Source: Obrimoposthia wandeli (Eukaryota). Taken from it: 64,000 nt of DNA. The translations under genes were made by a program, and so were the position numbers. Each line of letters starts with the position of its first letter. Position 1 is the stretch's first letter. The notes below the pieces were generated by a model, which was given only the letters and a program-made list of their open reading frames with translations, searched no databases and was not told the origin of the DNA. The stretch is from positions 124,001-188,000 of the forward strand of contig CDROCS010000953.1 in assembly GCA_977020255.1 (NCBI GenBank), written 5' to 3'. This document shows positions 22,972 through 37,000 of the stretch, in pieces.

Positions 22972-23986
22972 GTTGTTTGTTGCTGTGATTCACCCATAAC
23001 ACCAATTGAAACTGCAGTTCGCTACAGACATTTCTTTAATCAACTACCTTTAATCTGGACACAAAACCCACACCAAAGAAAAATAAAATCCATAATAATA
23101 ATTAAATATTTACTTTAAGCCATTAAATTATTCATTTAGTGTCGTTCTGCCTAGGCATACAAGTTGTATAGATAATAGAGGATTATTTTCAATGTCACTT
23201 TCTTTATTGCTATCTCACACCAATGTTATTGAGTGTACTTTTAATTATATTTGGATATATTATAAGCAAGGAAGTGATAATCTATTACACTATTACATAG
23301 TGTAGTGAATTGAGCTTTGTTCTTCGTATAATATGATCCGGTTTTACCAAACAGTTTAAATGTTAAACTTAAAGTATTTTGTAGTAATCCAATCAATATT
23401 CATCAAGCTTTTCATATTTGCTGTTACAATGCAATTTAGAGGAAATTCTTTATGCATTGTAACTATTAAAAATACCATTAGTAGATCTAACATTGAACCA
23501 TCAGTACCATCACTACACTAAAATGTTTTCCTTTTTACCAGCTGATGTAGCTTAGATTTTTTTTCACCGACAACATTTATGGGTCAGTTTATTTGTTAAT
23601 TAACTTTGTAAAATATTTTCAGTTAATATTATTTATCCTACGGGTTATGTACAACTTTTGTATTTATATTTCCAGTTTGATGGTAGTTTCTGTCCAACAG
23701 ATGTCTTCGCATAAATAGATGAGATCAACTTGAAATAACTCCAAAATCATCCTGAGCCTTCAAACAGATTCAGAGGGTTAAGAAAATAGAGTACTTTGAG
23801 TAGCAAGAATACTTAAAGTTAAAAAATTCCTAAAATTCTTGTGGCTACATATTTTGTATTTACTCATTTTTCTCAAATGTATAGGTTACTAAATCTACAT
23901 TAAAGTTGATTTTTGAAAAATTAATGCTTTAAATGTGTCAACCGTACTGAGACTTTTCAACAACTTATTATTGGACATGTCTACAG

Positions 23987-24313
23987 AATTCGGTGCTAAC
24001 GGGAAAGCTCGGTCTGTACCACGGTGACGTAATCACGCGCGTGAACAATTGTCCGGTGTTGAGACAAAATGACTGGTACGATTGCATGCGCACCATCCAG
24101 CGACAAAGTGGGAATGTATCCTCCGGCTATTGTCTACCGGCCAGTCGCATCAGGCAGCTCGACATCAGTGCTGGGTTCCGCACTCGCACTGTGTGGGGTA
24201 ACATCGACTGCTGCTCCAATCTGACTCGCTCCCACCTCTGCTTCCGCTACACAGTCACCGGGCCAATGATACAAGCTTCTGGGAGCGGAGCTAATGTTCG
24301 CCTCTCCCCACAG
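23987..24313 (+). CDS. MBTPS2: Site-2 protease exon 3 (PDZ-like/Cys-rich region); 3' boundary uncertain
   Basis: Acceptor CTACAG at 23986; GLYHGDVITRVNNCPV, DWYDC, DCC...CF; phase-0 donor CAG|GT at 24314 is the best fit. Confidence 0.8.
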
Positions 24314-24783
24314 GTGCCAACTTATTGCAAACATTCGTAAAGTCCTCTTTATCAAAATAAAGTATTGTAGGGATTATTTATGAAAGTACAATGGTATCAT
24401 ATTGTTCTAAAGAAATAATTCGTTGTTTCAAATCATTCATGCAATTTTTCTGTTAACTTAGTTGAACTTTTTGACTTTTATTAAAATTTTAAACTTTTTT
24501 TGTCACCGAGAACAAAGTTTTAAATCACAAAATGTAAATAAAATAACATAAACACGGTAATTATTTTTTAAAAATGCATTTTATGCACTCAACATTTTTT
24601 TCTTATGAATTTAAGAAGAAACATTTCAGTTACTGCGAAGAATGTTGTTCATAATATAAAACTTCATTCCACTATGGAAGATGTTGTTTGACATGTCGAA
24701 ACTGTGTAAAATTAGAAGATGCGAATTTTTGACCCAAGGGATCTAACAACATTTACTGACCGTTTGCTCGATTGCGCACGCAG

Positions 24784-25082
24784 CTCGTCTTCACAGGCCC
24801 GCCTCGCTACGCTTGCCTGCCCGTGCGTACAGTTACGGAGCGACCATCGTGTTCCCTCAACGTACACTGTCATCCGCATTCCGCACGGCCTGACCTCACT
24901 TGCCTCAGTCCCAGTCTCGAGAACTCGAGTCGTCTCGTGCGTCTGGTACACTCGCGTGCTGCACCTGTCCTCTTTCTTGGTAATGTCAATGACCTGCTGC
25001 GCACAGTCGCTGTCTCCAATTACATCCCCCGCTGGAACCTGCTGCCATATGGACTGCCCTTCTACCTTGAGACCTTTCTCTC
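24784..25082 (+). CDS. MBTPS2: Site-2 protease exon 4
   Basis: YACLPVR, CLSPSLENSSRLVRLVH, LP--LETFL; branch-like CTGAC and CAG acceptor at 24783; donor GTGAGT at 25083, phase 2. Confidence 0.85.
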
Positions 25083-25315
25083 GTGAGTAATTCCCGTTCT
25101 CAATCACTATGCACCATGGTCTCTCGACTCTTTCCAGAAGAGGTGCCCACACTTTGTAAATGAACGGCCACACAATGTTAACTATCGATAATGCGAACAA
25201 CAAAAAACTGTCGAATTTGTTGCATTGATAGTTGGTTCAAAAAAAAGATTTTAAAGTTTAATTCAAATTTTACTATTTTACACTAATTGCTCAGAGCCTT
25301 TTTATCAATCTAGGC

Positions 25316-25360
25316 CAGGGGTGGGCAAACTTTTCAGTTCAAGGGCCACATTCAGAAATT
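25316..25360. mobile_element. Single hAT (Charlie-like) terminus
   Basis: CAGGGGTGGGCAAAC TIR-type sequence preceded by ATCTAGGC (NTCTAGAN-like target); partner end not found. Confidence 0.55.
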
Positions 25361-28049
25361 CTGGAGAACTCTGCCTAGATTCTAGGCAAAGTTCTCCAGA
25401 CAATTGCACTGGACATTTTATGTTTCTTATTTGATTAACCATTTCCGGTTGAAATATAATCCATGTGTCTATCAGTAATGTCTAAATTGTTGTATAATAC
25501 TGCAGACGGCCAAGGCCAACAACGGGTTTTTACATCATTTGACACCCTTATTTTTCTACGGCGAGGTTCTATGAGCTTAGTTTTTTGCACATTGTACAAT
25601 ATGTTGAATGTAGCCTTTATTTAATTAAAGTCTCCATGCATCAACTGTGGTCAATTCAAGAACAATATTTGGAATGCCCGACCTATTATATTATGTCTTT
25701 CATATCAGCCAGTCATTACGTCTATCATTTATAGTCTTTGTAGTTTCCTTTTAAGCAACGGTCAATTTTTCATATTCTTTATACCATTCGTCGGATTCTA
25801 TCGTATTATTCCCACTTTTTTCACTTGATAGGTTTGTGATTTGTTCCGAAACTTGTTTAGCGACTCTTGTAGATTTTCTATTTCAATATAATGATATATC
25901 TAACTTTAAAAACTATTCAGTGATGTTGATGGTTGATTATTATATATGCGTCAATTGACAAATTCAAGCGTTTCTATTAGGTTTGAATGTTTGAGCTTCT
26001 AGTGTTAATTTATATTTTGCACACACAAAAATCCAGAATTTAATAAAAGTTAACAATAATTTTCAAAAGATAATACTGCTTTTAAATTGTTAGGAGAATT
26101 CTAAACAAAAATTTTGATTTTAAATATATATTTTTAATAAATATCTAACAAGGAAACGTTTCGCACGGTCATAAAAAGAACTCTGTGAGATTTTAGTATA
26201 TGATAAACATAATATATTGCAATATTAAAAATGTAGTTTTAGCTGCTATTTATTTATAATCAAAAATTTATATGTATTAAATTTTTATAAAAGAAATTTT
26301 ATGATTTGGTTTAATTGAAATAATTTAAATTCAAAAATTTAAGCGCACTAGTTGAAATAGTGTTGCGAATTTTAAAATCCAATAGGAATTTGGTAAGGTT
26401 TTATTAAAAACCAATAACAATTTATTTATTCATTAAATTAATTTTTATTTGGTATTTATTCATATAATCACGTTAGTGTTTCTATAATTTAATATATTTA
26501 AACACATTTATAAACACATTTATAAATTTATCACATAAATATTTCTTTCGATAACTTTTTATATACTGAAAACTAGCGATAATGAAATTACTTTTATATG
26601 TAGAATTCATTTCATAATTTTTATATAAATTGCGAACTCCTAATTTTTAATGACACCTAAAGTACGTTTCCTTGTAAGTATAATAAACGATTAATGCATT
26701 AGTTTAAATAATAGTCGTGCATAAATACTGCATTTTTAAAATGTTCACTTATTTTAATTGTTAAGTGATATAGCAGAACGTACGCATACAAATTTTATGT
26801 ACTTATAAAAAAAATGAAAAACACAACTTCATCAATAAAATTAATAAATTTTTTGTTTGTTTTTAATTGGTCAAGTCATCGTTGTATTCAAAGTTTGCAC
26901 TTCATATTGAATTAATTTGGATTTAATTCAAGTCAATTCTAAATGTCAATAATTTTAATCTTCAATAGAAACAACAATCTATCAATTAAATGTTTTGGTA
27001 TAAAATTCGGGTAATTTAAAATTATTTATCATAATATCAAGTACTTACAAGATAAGTAGCAATTTGTTTATGGAACCTTTATTGGTAAAACGAAATATAT
27101 TTATGTTTAAGAAATATTTTCTATGCGTAAGTTCTTCTAGATAATATATTTTTAAAAAGTATATTATAACAATGGGCTGGAGCAATGTTAACATTTTTTG
27201 TGAATAAGTTTAAATTAATAAAATGATATTTTTGTTCAAGATATTTGTTCCTAACTTTTACTAATAACAACATTGACTTTTAACTTACTGCTTATGTTAG
27301 TAAGTGTGATATATTTATGATTACAAATAATTATTTATAATTTTTTTTTTCTTCAAATAAATGTAAGAATAAAGTACATTAAATATTCTTAATTTCACCA
27401 AAATTAGAACTTGAAAATTTATGACACGATCGAGAATTTGGTGAAATTTAGAATGATGAAAAATAAACTGTTCATCTTAAAATCATTTTTAAACATTAAA
27501 TTTTTTATTAATTTGTTTTTTAAAATAATTCTATTGAATATTTACATATAAAATAAGAACTGTAGTTAACATTTTAATAATAATTTGTCTAGGACAGTGA
27601 GGTGAGTAATATGAACAAATAATACAACAAAATCATTATTTTGAAATAAGCAAGATTTAATTTCTTCACTTTATCTAGTTTCTGCCTTTTCCGACAATAT
27701 ACATTAATATACCATAATGTTTCTTGAATTGCAAATCATTTTCATACTCTTCCTGCTGATTTAAAGAATCCCCATTTTCCAGACATCTTCTAAAGCAATC
27801 CTGAGTTACTATTTCTTTTTATATCATCTTACTTAGGTGTAGTATCACTATCTTTCTCAGAATTGTTTTCATTTACTTTTGACATTTTTCATTTCCTCTT
27901 CAGCTTAGACTAATATCGTTTTCCATATCGATAATGTCATTGAACTCTTTTGCAAATTTGTCACAATTTATTACCCCAACAGCTTCTTTATTAGCTGAAT
28001 GTTTGAAACAATTGTATGCAATATCTGAAAATATTGTGGTATCTTTAAT

Positions 28050-28390
28050 CGTTCATTTTTGTATGATAAATAAACATCCTCTTTTTTGCTCTTATCAAGT
28101 AAGAATGAAAGCTTGAGTTTATTGGTTGCAAAGTTCTTGTTGTATGTTTGGTAGAAATACAAATTCTATCATTTTAAACTTCTGTTTTATATCATGAGCG
28201 GGGAAATTATCTAGCTGCAGTGATATTTTCTGTTCTTTCCTTTATTTTTGATTTTCTTTCTAATTCAGTAATTAATTATTAAATATATCAGGAGTCATCC
28301 AAGCCACAGGGTTGGAATTGTAGAAAAATCGAGGTTTGTATGCTTTGGCTATTGAAAGTTGCCTTATTTTGTGTGTGCCAGTATTATGGA
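28050..28390 (-). pseudogene. pogo/Tigger transposase relic
   Basis: Minus-strand TGTHK...KPRFF, YNSNPVAWMTPDIF, LQLDNFPAH and EFVFLP. Confidence 0.75.
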
Positions 28391-29179
28391 TATGTGTCTT
28401 TCAAGTTCTTGTAACTGGGCCTGATAGTTTTATAGTTAAATTTAGATGGTATGATTAGGGAACGCAAATTTACGAGAATTTGAAAAAATCGGTTTTCGGT
28501 AAATTTTCTAATTAAAAGCGGTTTACCTGTAAATTGTAGTAAAGCCTTAATATCCAGTATGAAAGCGAAAAAAAAAATAAGAAAGCAAACCAATGATTCC
28601 AAATTGATTTATTTAAAGGAAAAAACGTATTATACATATTTCATTTTTTTTCTGTCTCTTCAATTTTTAATTACGAAACATTGATAATAAAATTAAACAT
28701 AATACAAACTAAACTTACAATAAAAAATTAACAATACAAAACAAAATCACTATGAAACAATAAAACTTTATTTTTAGTTTATCGATTTAGCTCTTTTACA
28801 TTATTGAAATGAACTCGTAAAAACACATCATATCCCAACTTTGGTCGCTTTATTGCCGCGACGCAGAAAAAGCGTGTTACGACTCAACGCTAGTTGGTTG
28901 ATCAGTTTAATTATAATTAAGGACAACATTTAAATATTTTTTTACTGTATTTAAGAGCTTATTTGATGGTGTAAAATAATAGTTATTTTTAACTTATTAA
29001 AAAGCTCCATAAATAACAAGTAGGAGGAGCTACAATTTTTTAAAAGACAGGTTTAGAATGACAAGATATGACTTTTGAGCGTCTCTTCAACTTCACGAAA
29101 CTTCCATTTTGAAAGATCTTTGGTCGTCAATTCAACAAATTTTGACTGTTCTTTAATTTTGGATGGATATCATTAACCG

Positions 29180-29330
29180 TTCGCCTTCAATGAAGATCAG
29201 CGGCAAATCTCTTAGTCAACAAATCATCACTCGTCTTGGATTAATTTTCTTCAATTCGATGAGTCGGAGTACTTGTTCAAAAGTTAAACGAGTGTAATTT
29301 TGGAAAGCGTTATACTGGATTTTAATGTTT
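29180..29330 (-). pseudogene. Possible PIF/Harbinger nuclease relic
   Basis: FQNYTRLTFEQVLRLIE resembles the Harbinger F-NY-RMS motif; short match only. Confidence 0.3.
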
Positions 29331-30247
29331 CAATGTATAGTAAATAGAAGTAAAAATTGAAATTAAGACCCCCAAATACTTTTCATCGTATAGAGATTGC
29401 GGAATCCGATTTTTTTGCAATTGTATTCTAAATACAAATCGAGATTCATATCGTAGTATCACTAGATGGATGTAGAAGGAATAAAGCCAAGTATTCACTG
29501 ATTGCTGCAATTATAAATTGTTATATTTTCTAGGATATTTGAGTTAATTTTTTTGACACAGAAATTAAAAAGGCGTTAAATATTACATATGATCACAAAA
29601 CTTTCTATTTACTGTCAAAATAACACAAAATGAATGTATTCAAATAGTCAAAATATAGATTTTATTTGCATAAACATTTTGATTGTATCCTTAATAGCGT
29701 TACTATTTCCCGGTAATCTATATGACAATACATGTATGCTTTATAAATTAGAAGCTGCAAATCATGAACTTTTTCTTGATGAAATTTGCATGTGATTAGC
29801 GTGATTGTTCTGAACAAATCATCATTCATTAATTTCATCATTTATGACCCACCTTATCTTTGTCTCACTTCTCAGGAGACCTCCACGACACTAATTTCCC
29901 ACCACTGTGCATGCTCATGACCCTTATCAGCTTGCTGAGTGTTATCCCAGCTGACTTCACTATCAAAATATTGCTTAGTTAAGACTTGATTCGGTCCCAC
30001 GAAAGATAGACTACGCTGAGGAAATATATATACAGGGATTCACTGTCATCATATGGCAACTCACACCTGCAGCTATATTGTATACAGAGGCTACCTCCCT
30101 GATGACAGGGTTACTTACTTTATACTTATATGGGAATATGCTTTAGATATTATGAGATACTCTTATTAGTCAAATAACTATTCCTACAAAATATATGTAT
30201 CTGGAAATATGAAGAATAATATTGGAAATTTGGTATTGATAGAAAGT

Positions 30248-33200
30248 TAGTAGGTAGAAGGATGGAGTCTAGACCACTTAAACTGAATATATGCCAAAAT
30301 AAGTTATGTTTACAAGTCAATTTAATGTACAAAACATTAAACTTATGATTAATAAGTAAACTACTTGAAGTTTTTGTTGAAAATTATATTAAAGTAATAA
30401 CTTACAACATATTAAATTGAAAATATGCAAAAATATATTATGTTTACAAGTCAATGCATTGTACAAAACATTAATATTATGATTATTAAGTAAACTACTT
30501 GAAGTTTTTGTTGAAAATTATATTAAAGTAATAACTTACAACATATTAAATTGAAAATATGCAAAAATATATTATGTTTACAAGTCAATGTATTGTACAA
30601 AACATTAATATTATGATTATTAAGTAAACTACTTGAAGTTTTTGTTGAAAATTATATTAAAGTAATAACTTACAACATATTAAAGTGAATATATGCATAA
30701 ATATATTATGCTTACAAGTAAATTTATTGTACAAAACATTAAACTTATGATTAATAAGTAAACTACTTGAAGTTTTTGTTGTAAATTATATTAAAGTAAT
30801 AACTTACAGCATATTAAAGTGAATATATGCATAAATATATTATGCTTACAAGTAAATTTATTGTACAAAACATTAAACTTATGATTAATAAGTAAACTAC
30901 TTGAAGTTTTTGTTGAAAATTATATTAAAGTAATAACTTACAACATATTAAATTGAAAATATGCAAAAAATATATTATGTTTACAAGTCAATGCATTGTA
31001 CAAAACATTAATATTATGATTATTAAGTAAACTACTTGAAGTTTTTGTTGAAAATTATATTAAAGTAATAACTTACAACATATTAAAGTGAATATATGCA
31101 ACAACAAATAAATATTGTAGTTTACAAGTAAATTACTTGAAGTTTTTGTTGTAAATTATATTAAAGTAATAACTTACAACATATTAAATTGAAAATATGC
31201 ATAAATATATTATGTTTACAAGTAAATTTATAGTAAACGACAGTGAAATATCAATTACTTTTTATGTAATGGAATATTACAGTAATAATTTACAATATAT
31301 TAAACTAAATATATGCAAAATAATATTATGTTTACAAGTCAATTTTCGAATGTCTAGTAAACAAAACTAAATAACACGAAAGAACATTTACTATTTGAAA
31401 GAATACATTTAATAGTACTTTATATTTGAAATTTATATTATATGCAGTCGGTGGGGTACAGCTACTAACTTTATAATTAAAATATTTTTATAGTTTAATG
31501 TTAAAATCACTTGATAAAAACCACAATAATGTGGTAAAGAAATATTATTTAACATATAAAATGAATTTTTGAAGAAATAAATTGAATATTCATATTATAT
31601 TAATAAGACAATGGCAAAAATATCAAGTAATTAAAAAAAAATTGTTTGTTGAGTTAATTTACTAAATTTGTATATATAAATACAGTTTCGAATAGTTAAA
31701 AAGAGAATAATGATAATTTCAATTATATTTCCGAATATAATTGTATAATCAAGTTATTTAAAAATAAAGAATTTAAATTTAACTAATTATTTTAAAATAT
31801 TTCAATTAAGGAATTTTATCAAACGAGATAAGACATTTTAATTATTTAATTGCATGAGTGTATATGAAAGATTAACTTTAACATGGAGGTAAACTATGTG
31901 AAAATATGAAAGTTCACATCTTAATTAATTGATAGTATTAATTTAATAATTAGCTAGTACTCACTTGCAGTTTTAGATTCACTTGCAAAGATTCTTACTT
32001 GTATTTGCATTCATACTTGTATTCACTTGCATGCATACTTGCATTCATTTACATTCATTCTAACTCTCATTTATTCAAATTATAACTCAAATTCATTGAT
32101 ATTTTTATTAATATTCATTCATACTTGACATTCGTACTTGCAATAGTACTCTTTCTTACTTGTACTTGTAGCTGCATTAAATCATACTTGCATTCATTTA
32201 CATTCAATCTAACTGTAATTTATTCAAACTATCATTCAATTACATTCAAATACATTAATATTTGACTAATTTTCATTCATACCTTCAAACTTAGTGTTGT
32301 TTTCTATTAATCTTGCCATAACTTAGTCGTTCTAACTTTTAACATACTTCAGTTTCACTGATTTTTTATAGTTGCTTACTTGTTATTAATCTAACTGTAA
32401 CTTAACATAACTTTATTCATACGAAAACTCTATTTTAATTTACTTATAGTCTAAAAATTCACTCGCATTCAATCAAACTATCGACACTCTTATTTTTTTT
32501 TCAATTACATTCACTTGCTAAGACTCTTGTTGTATTTGCATTCACTTGCATTCATACTTGCTTTCATTTACATTCAATCTAACTATAATTTATTCAACGA
32601 AAACTCTATTTTAATTTACTTATAGTCTAAATTACACTGGAATTCAATCAAACTATCGACACTCTTATTTTTATTTTTTTCAATTACATTCACTTGCTAA
32701 GACTCTTACTTGTATTGACATTCATACTAGCATTCACTTGCATTCATTTACATTCAATCTAACTCTCATTTATTCAAACTATCATTCAAATATTCAAATA
32801 AATTAATATTTTACTAATTTTCATTCATAGCGTTAAAAACTTAGTGTTGTTGTTTTTTTTCCCGCTGTAACTTAGTCGTTAAATCGGAAAGAATGTATAA
32901 AGAATGGATTTTCTTACTTTGTAAATGATATTCACTTAAGTTTGAAGATGATATTATGAAATTACATAATAAATATATTTAATTTTGTATTAGTTTCTGA
33001 CTTCTTTCTTATTTTATTTTTATTTTAATATATAATTTAAGTTATTTAAAGAAATTTTATCATAATTCTTTAGATGTGTAAGCCTAGAAAAAAAAATATT
33101 GATCTAAATTTTCACATAGAATAGTGTGTGTTAAAAACCACATTCCTTAACTGATAAGAGTGAACTTTATACTAAATTTTCACATAGAATAGTGTGTGTG

Positions 33201-34074
33201 TTATTAAAAACCACATTCCTTAACTGATAAGAGTGAACTTTAGACTAAATTTTCACATAGAATAGTGTGTGTGTGATTACGTAATACATTCCTTAACTTT
33301 TAAGAGTGAACTTTCACATAGAATAATTGATTGAATACTATATAATTTCTTAATTTATGCCAAATCTGACCCTTAACTTGTGAACGACCATAAAATTTTT
33401 ACATGATTAAACTCGTAATATGTTGACGAATACAACCATGTACTTAAAACTATGAAATTCCAACTTTTTTTAAAACCCCTCATCTATGGACGACCATACA
33501 TATATAGATGAATTCGTCTTCTAAAGATGATTACAACCATGTATTCAAACCTTGACATTTAAAACTTGATTTGGTCTATAGCTCGACCCTTTGATTTATG
33601 GACAATCATACTTTATGGGTGAATTCACCTTCTAAAGATGATTACAACCATGTACTAAAACCTTGATATTTAAAAAAAAATAAATTTAGCCCGACCCTTT
33701 GACCTATGGACGACCACAACCCTTTAGATGTGATGGCCAACCATAGACGGTCATGACCATACCTTAAAACCTTCAAGTCAAAACTGACCTTGACTCTTTA
33801 AATTATGGACGACCCTTTAGTGGTATATCAAAGAAGGGTGGAGACTAGATCAATTGACCCTTCCCCCTATCATAAACTTTCTGAGCCAGACCCATATGGT
33901 GTGGCAAGACACCCTTATGGTGAGTCAACATATACCTTCATGGTGTGACATTTATATGGTGAGGCAACATATACCCTTATGGTGTGACACCCTTATGTTG
34001 AAAAAAAAATCCTTTAACATTGTGTGCGCACAAGGGGGGGTCAAGTGGTCTAGATTCCATCCTTCTACCTACTA
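30248..34074. mobile_element. 3.8-kb non-autonomous TIR element filled with tandem arrays
   Basis: TIR TAGTAGGTAGAAGGATGGAGTCTAGACCACTT / AAGTGGTCTAGATTCCATCCTTCTACCTACTA (1 mismatch); 4-bp TSD AAGT. Confidence 0.85.
30290..31340. repeat. 134-bp tandem array (~7.5 copies)
   Basis: CTACTTGAAG recurs at 30361, 30495, 30629, 30763, 30897 and 31032. Confidence 0.95.
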
Positions 34075-37000
34075 AAGTTTTTTTTCAAATCGTTACTGCG
34101 TTAAATTGAAAATGCAAAACTAGAAAAACCTTTTTTTTTTTTGTAATTTTTATAATCGAATGTGAAAAATCCTTTTTTTTACGTTTTTTTGGGTTAGACA
34201 ATTTTCTGGCGAATGAATTTTTTTATACTAGAGATTGAATTGATAAGATTCAATTTTGGTATCAGATAAATTTTTTGATGAGCATGTTCTTATAAATTTA
34301 TCAATTTGACAGTTCATTGTGCTATTTTAATTGAGGAGGCAAACAATGTCATTTCGTTATACTTTTTAAATTAATAATATTTTCACGAACATGTATGGGA
34401 CTTATTTTTATTCTTGGATATTAATATAGCCTCTTATGCAAAAATAAGTTATCCTCATGAACCATTGATATTTTTTAAATAATGAATTTTTAATCTGGCA
34501 GTACTGATTTTATGTTTGAATTAAACTATTTATTTTTTGTTTGAATTTTTAACAAATTCATTATAATTTCTTCATCCCAACCGTCATTCATTATTATTAC
34601 AAATTATCATTTCACATTAGTCATTAATTTCGTTCTGCTTCATTCCCTTCTAGTATTTGGAGCGTAATTGTATCTGGTAAAGCGATCGATTATGAATACT
34701 GATGATGATCCTTAACTTATTCTCAAACTTTCAATGGATATGATATGTGGAATTCTGCATTAAACTCGCATGATTTAATACGAATACCCAGTGGACCATT
34801 TTTGGTAAGCAGACCTGGTAATGTGAGAGGAACCTCAATATCGTATTCCCTATCTATGCTACAATACAACTATATACACCTAACCTGTCACCTTCACTCA
34901 TCCCATCCATCCTTCAATATATTCTTTTCACTCTTGAAATGACGATTTAATCTTACATTACATTAAATGTCAATCATTCCATACTTTTCCATAAATTTTG
35001 TTCACTGTGCAAATCAAAAAAGTAAATACACCGAAATTGATTTAAAGTGACCGGACAATTGATCTTGATGATGTCAAAGTAATCTAGCTATATCTGACTA
35101 AATTAGTGGTATAGAAATACAGTGCGAACTAAAGTCCCCCATACACATCCACTAATATACACAGTGTATTTTCATTTGTATTTAACTACCCCTCAGTCAA
35201 TAGTCCATCAGGTCAATCAGGCAACAGCGAATATGCCGCTGCATTGACAGGTTAATTTATCCAACAACAAGTTGCCCTTGTCTGAAGAAGCATTCCCTTT
35301 TCTGAGCCTGCTTCATATCAGCTTCAGTAAAATCGGTACTCTAATTAATTAATCGGCAAATTTCCTGATGCGAAAAATGATTAAAACTGCTAATTGTCGA
35401 ATAGGCGCTCAGATACGCTAGCTGAATTACGGTATTATTTCCACAGAAATCAGCCTCTTAGTGACTGAAGATGGGCATGCTATCTACGACACCGTATAAG
35501 GTTTTATAGATTACATTTGAAAAAAATGCGCCAATTAGACAACACTGCAATTACCGGATCAATTGAAAAATATAATGCAAGCAATTTAAAATTATACATA
35601 AGGAAAATTTAATATTTCTATGTAATTAAGATTCTTCAACCATCTTATTTTAGAGGGATTATTCGAAATTATTTATGAAATGTACCTTTATGACGTGATT
35701 CAGAATTCATCTGGGATTGATAAATTATTGCACTGTGGAGTGAGTTTTGTTTTTGTATGTCATTTTAGCAGTATTTTTGTTTTGTTTGGTGACGTGTAAA
35801 AGTGTTTTATTTAGTTAGTACAGTGAAGAATATATTTTTCAACAATGTTCAATGGCATTTAGTAATCTACCTGCCCGTAAATTCGAGAAGATTTTATGTT
35901 TACCAACAAAGATAATAAGGATAATATATTTTATTGAGCGTTGATATCTAAAAAAAAATGATTTTTTACTGGAAAACACTTCTTGTTTTCTATTATTATT
36001 CGTAATATTTTCTGTATTGTACAGTCTTCAACTCCTTCTAGAATATTTCAATTTTTTACAGTTTCTTATAAGTAGAAAAATGTGAGGGTTCTAGGCCCCT
36101 CCCCACCCTCCCTATATACCATTGTTTGCCAATTATTAAAAACCTTTTGTTAAAACTGCCAAATGTGCAACAAAAACAATGTCTAGTGCTGCTTGTGTTG
36201 CAATATCAGATCCTCATAAATTTATTCCATCACTTAAAGAAAGTGCACTTGAGGAAGCGAAAGCAATGCTCCAGAATTTAGACAATGCTTCGGATAGTTT
36301 GCAGAGTGGTAGAAATCGACTCAAAGTCTAGCGATGTTGCAGAGAAAGTTGATCAGTTAGGTAATGGATTTAGACGTAAACGTCAGCATCATAAAATGAG
36401 TATAAACAAACGCTTCAATAGTTGACTGAAGATTGCTTGTGGAAAATCTAAATTATGTAAATTGTCATACAAAACGAGCTATATGAAGGGTTTTTCCCTG
36501 TAAATTCGATTACTTGTGGAAATTTAGTTGATTTAGAATTCTACATTCCAGGTATGGAAAAGAGTTATCTGGATTTGAATGATACTTAGTTATGATATGT
36601 AAAAGTTAAGACTACTAAATCTAATAGTACTTAGACAAGGCTGCTGATATTCGAGTTAATAATTACATGTTTCACACAATGTTTAAATATGTTTTATTGA
36701 GTTTGAATAATGTAAAAATTGAAGGTTGAAATAATTTTTATTGTCAAAAAGGCTACAAGTTTAAATTTTATCAGATTTACAAAAAAGAAAAATTTGCGTT
36801 GCATTGATTATAATTCAAATATTGATAATCAAAAAACAAGGTTGGAAAATCCAAACCTTAAGAACTATGTGGATCATTGTGATTAGATTTCTTTGATCAA
36901 CCGAAATAAATTATACCTGATGTTATCGTAAATTTGCGATTGTTGAGAAAAGATGCCAGTTATTCATTAGTTACAACTAACGCAAATTTTAAATGCTAGA

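Noticed and set aside
22972-23118. C-terminal part of ORF 22651..23118
   Set aside because: Read-through into the intron after the donor; S2P similarity resumes at 23987
24712-25203. 163-aa minus-strand ORF and the alternative-frame ORF 24719..25090
   Set aside because: Shadows of the GC-rich MBTPS2 exon 4
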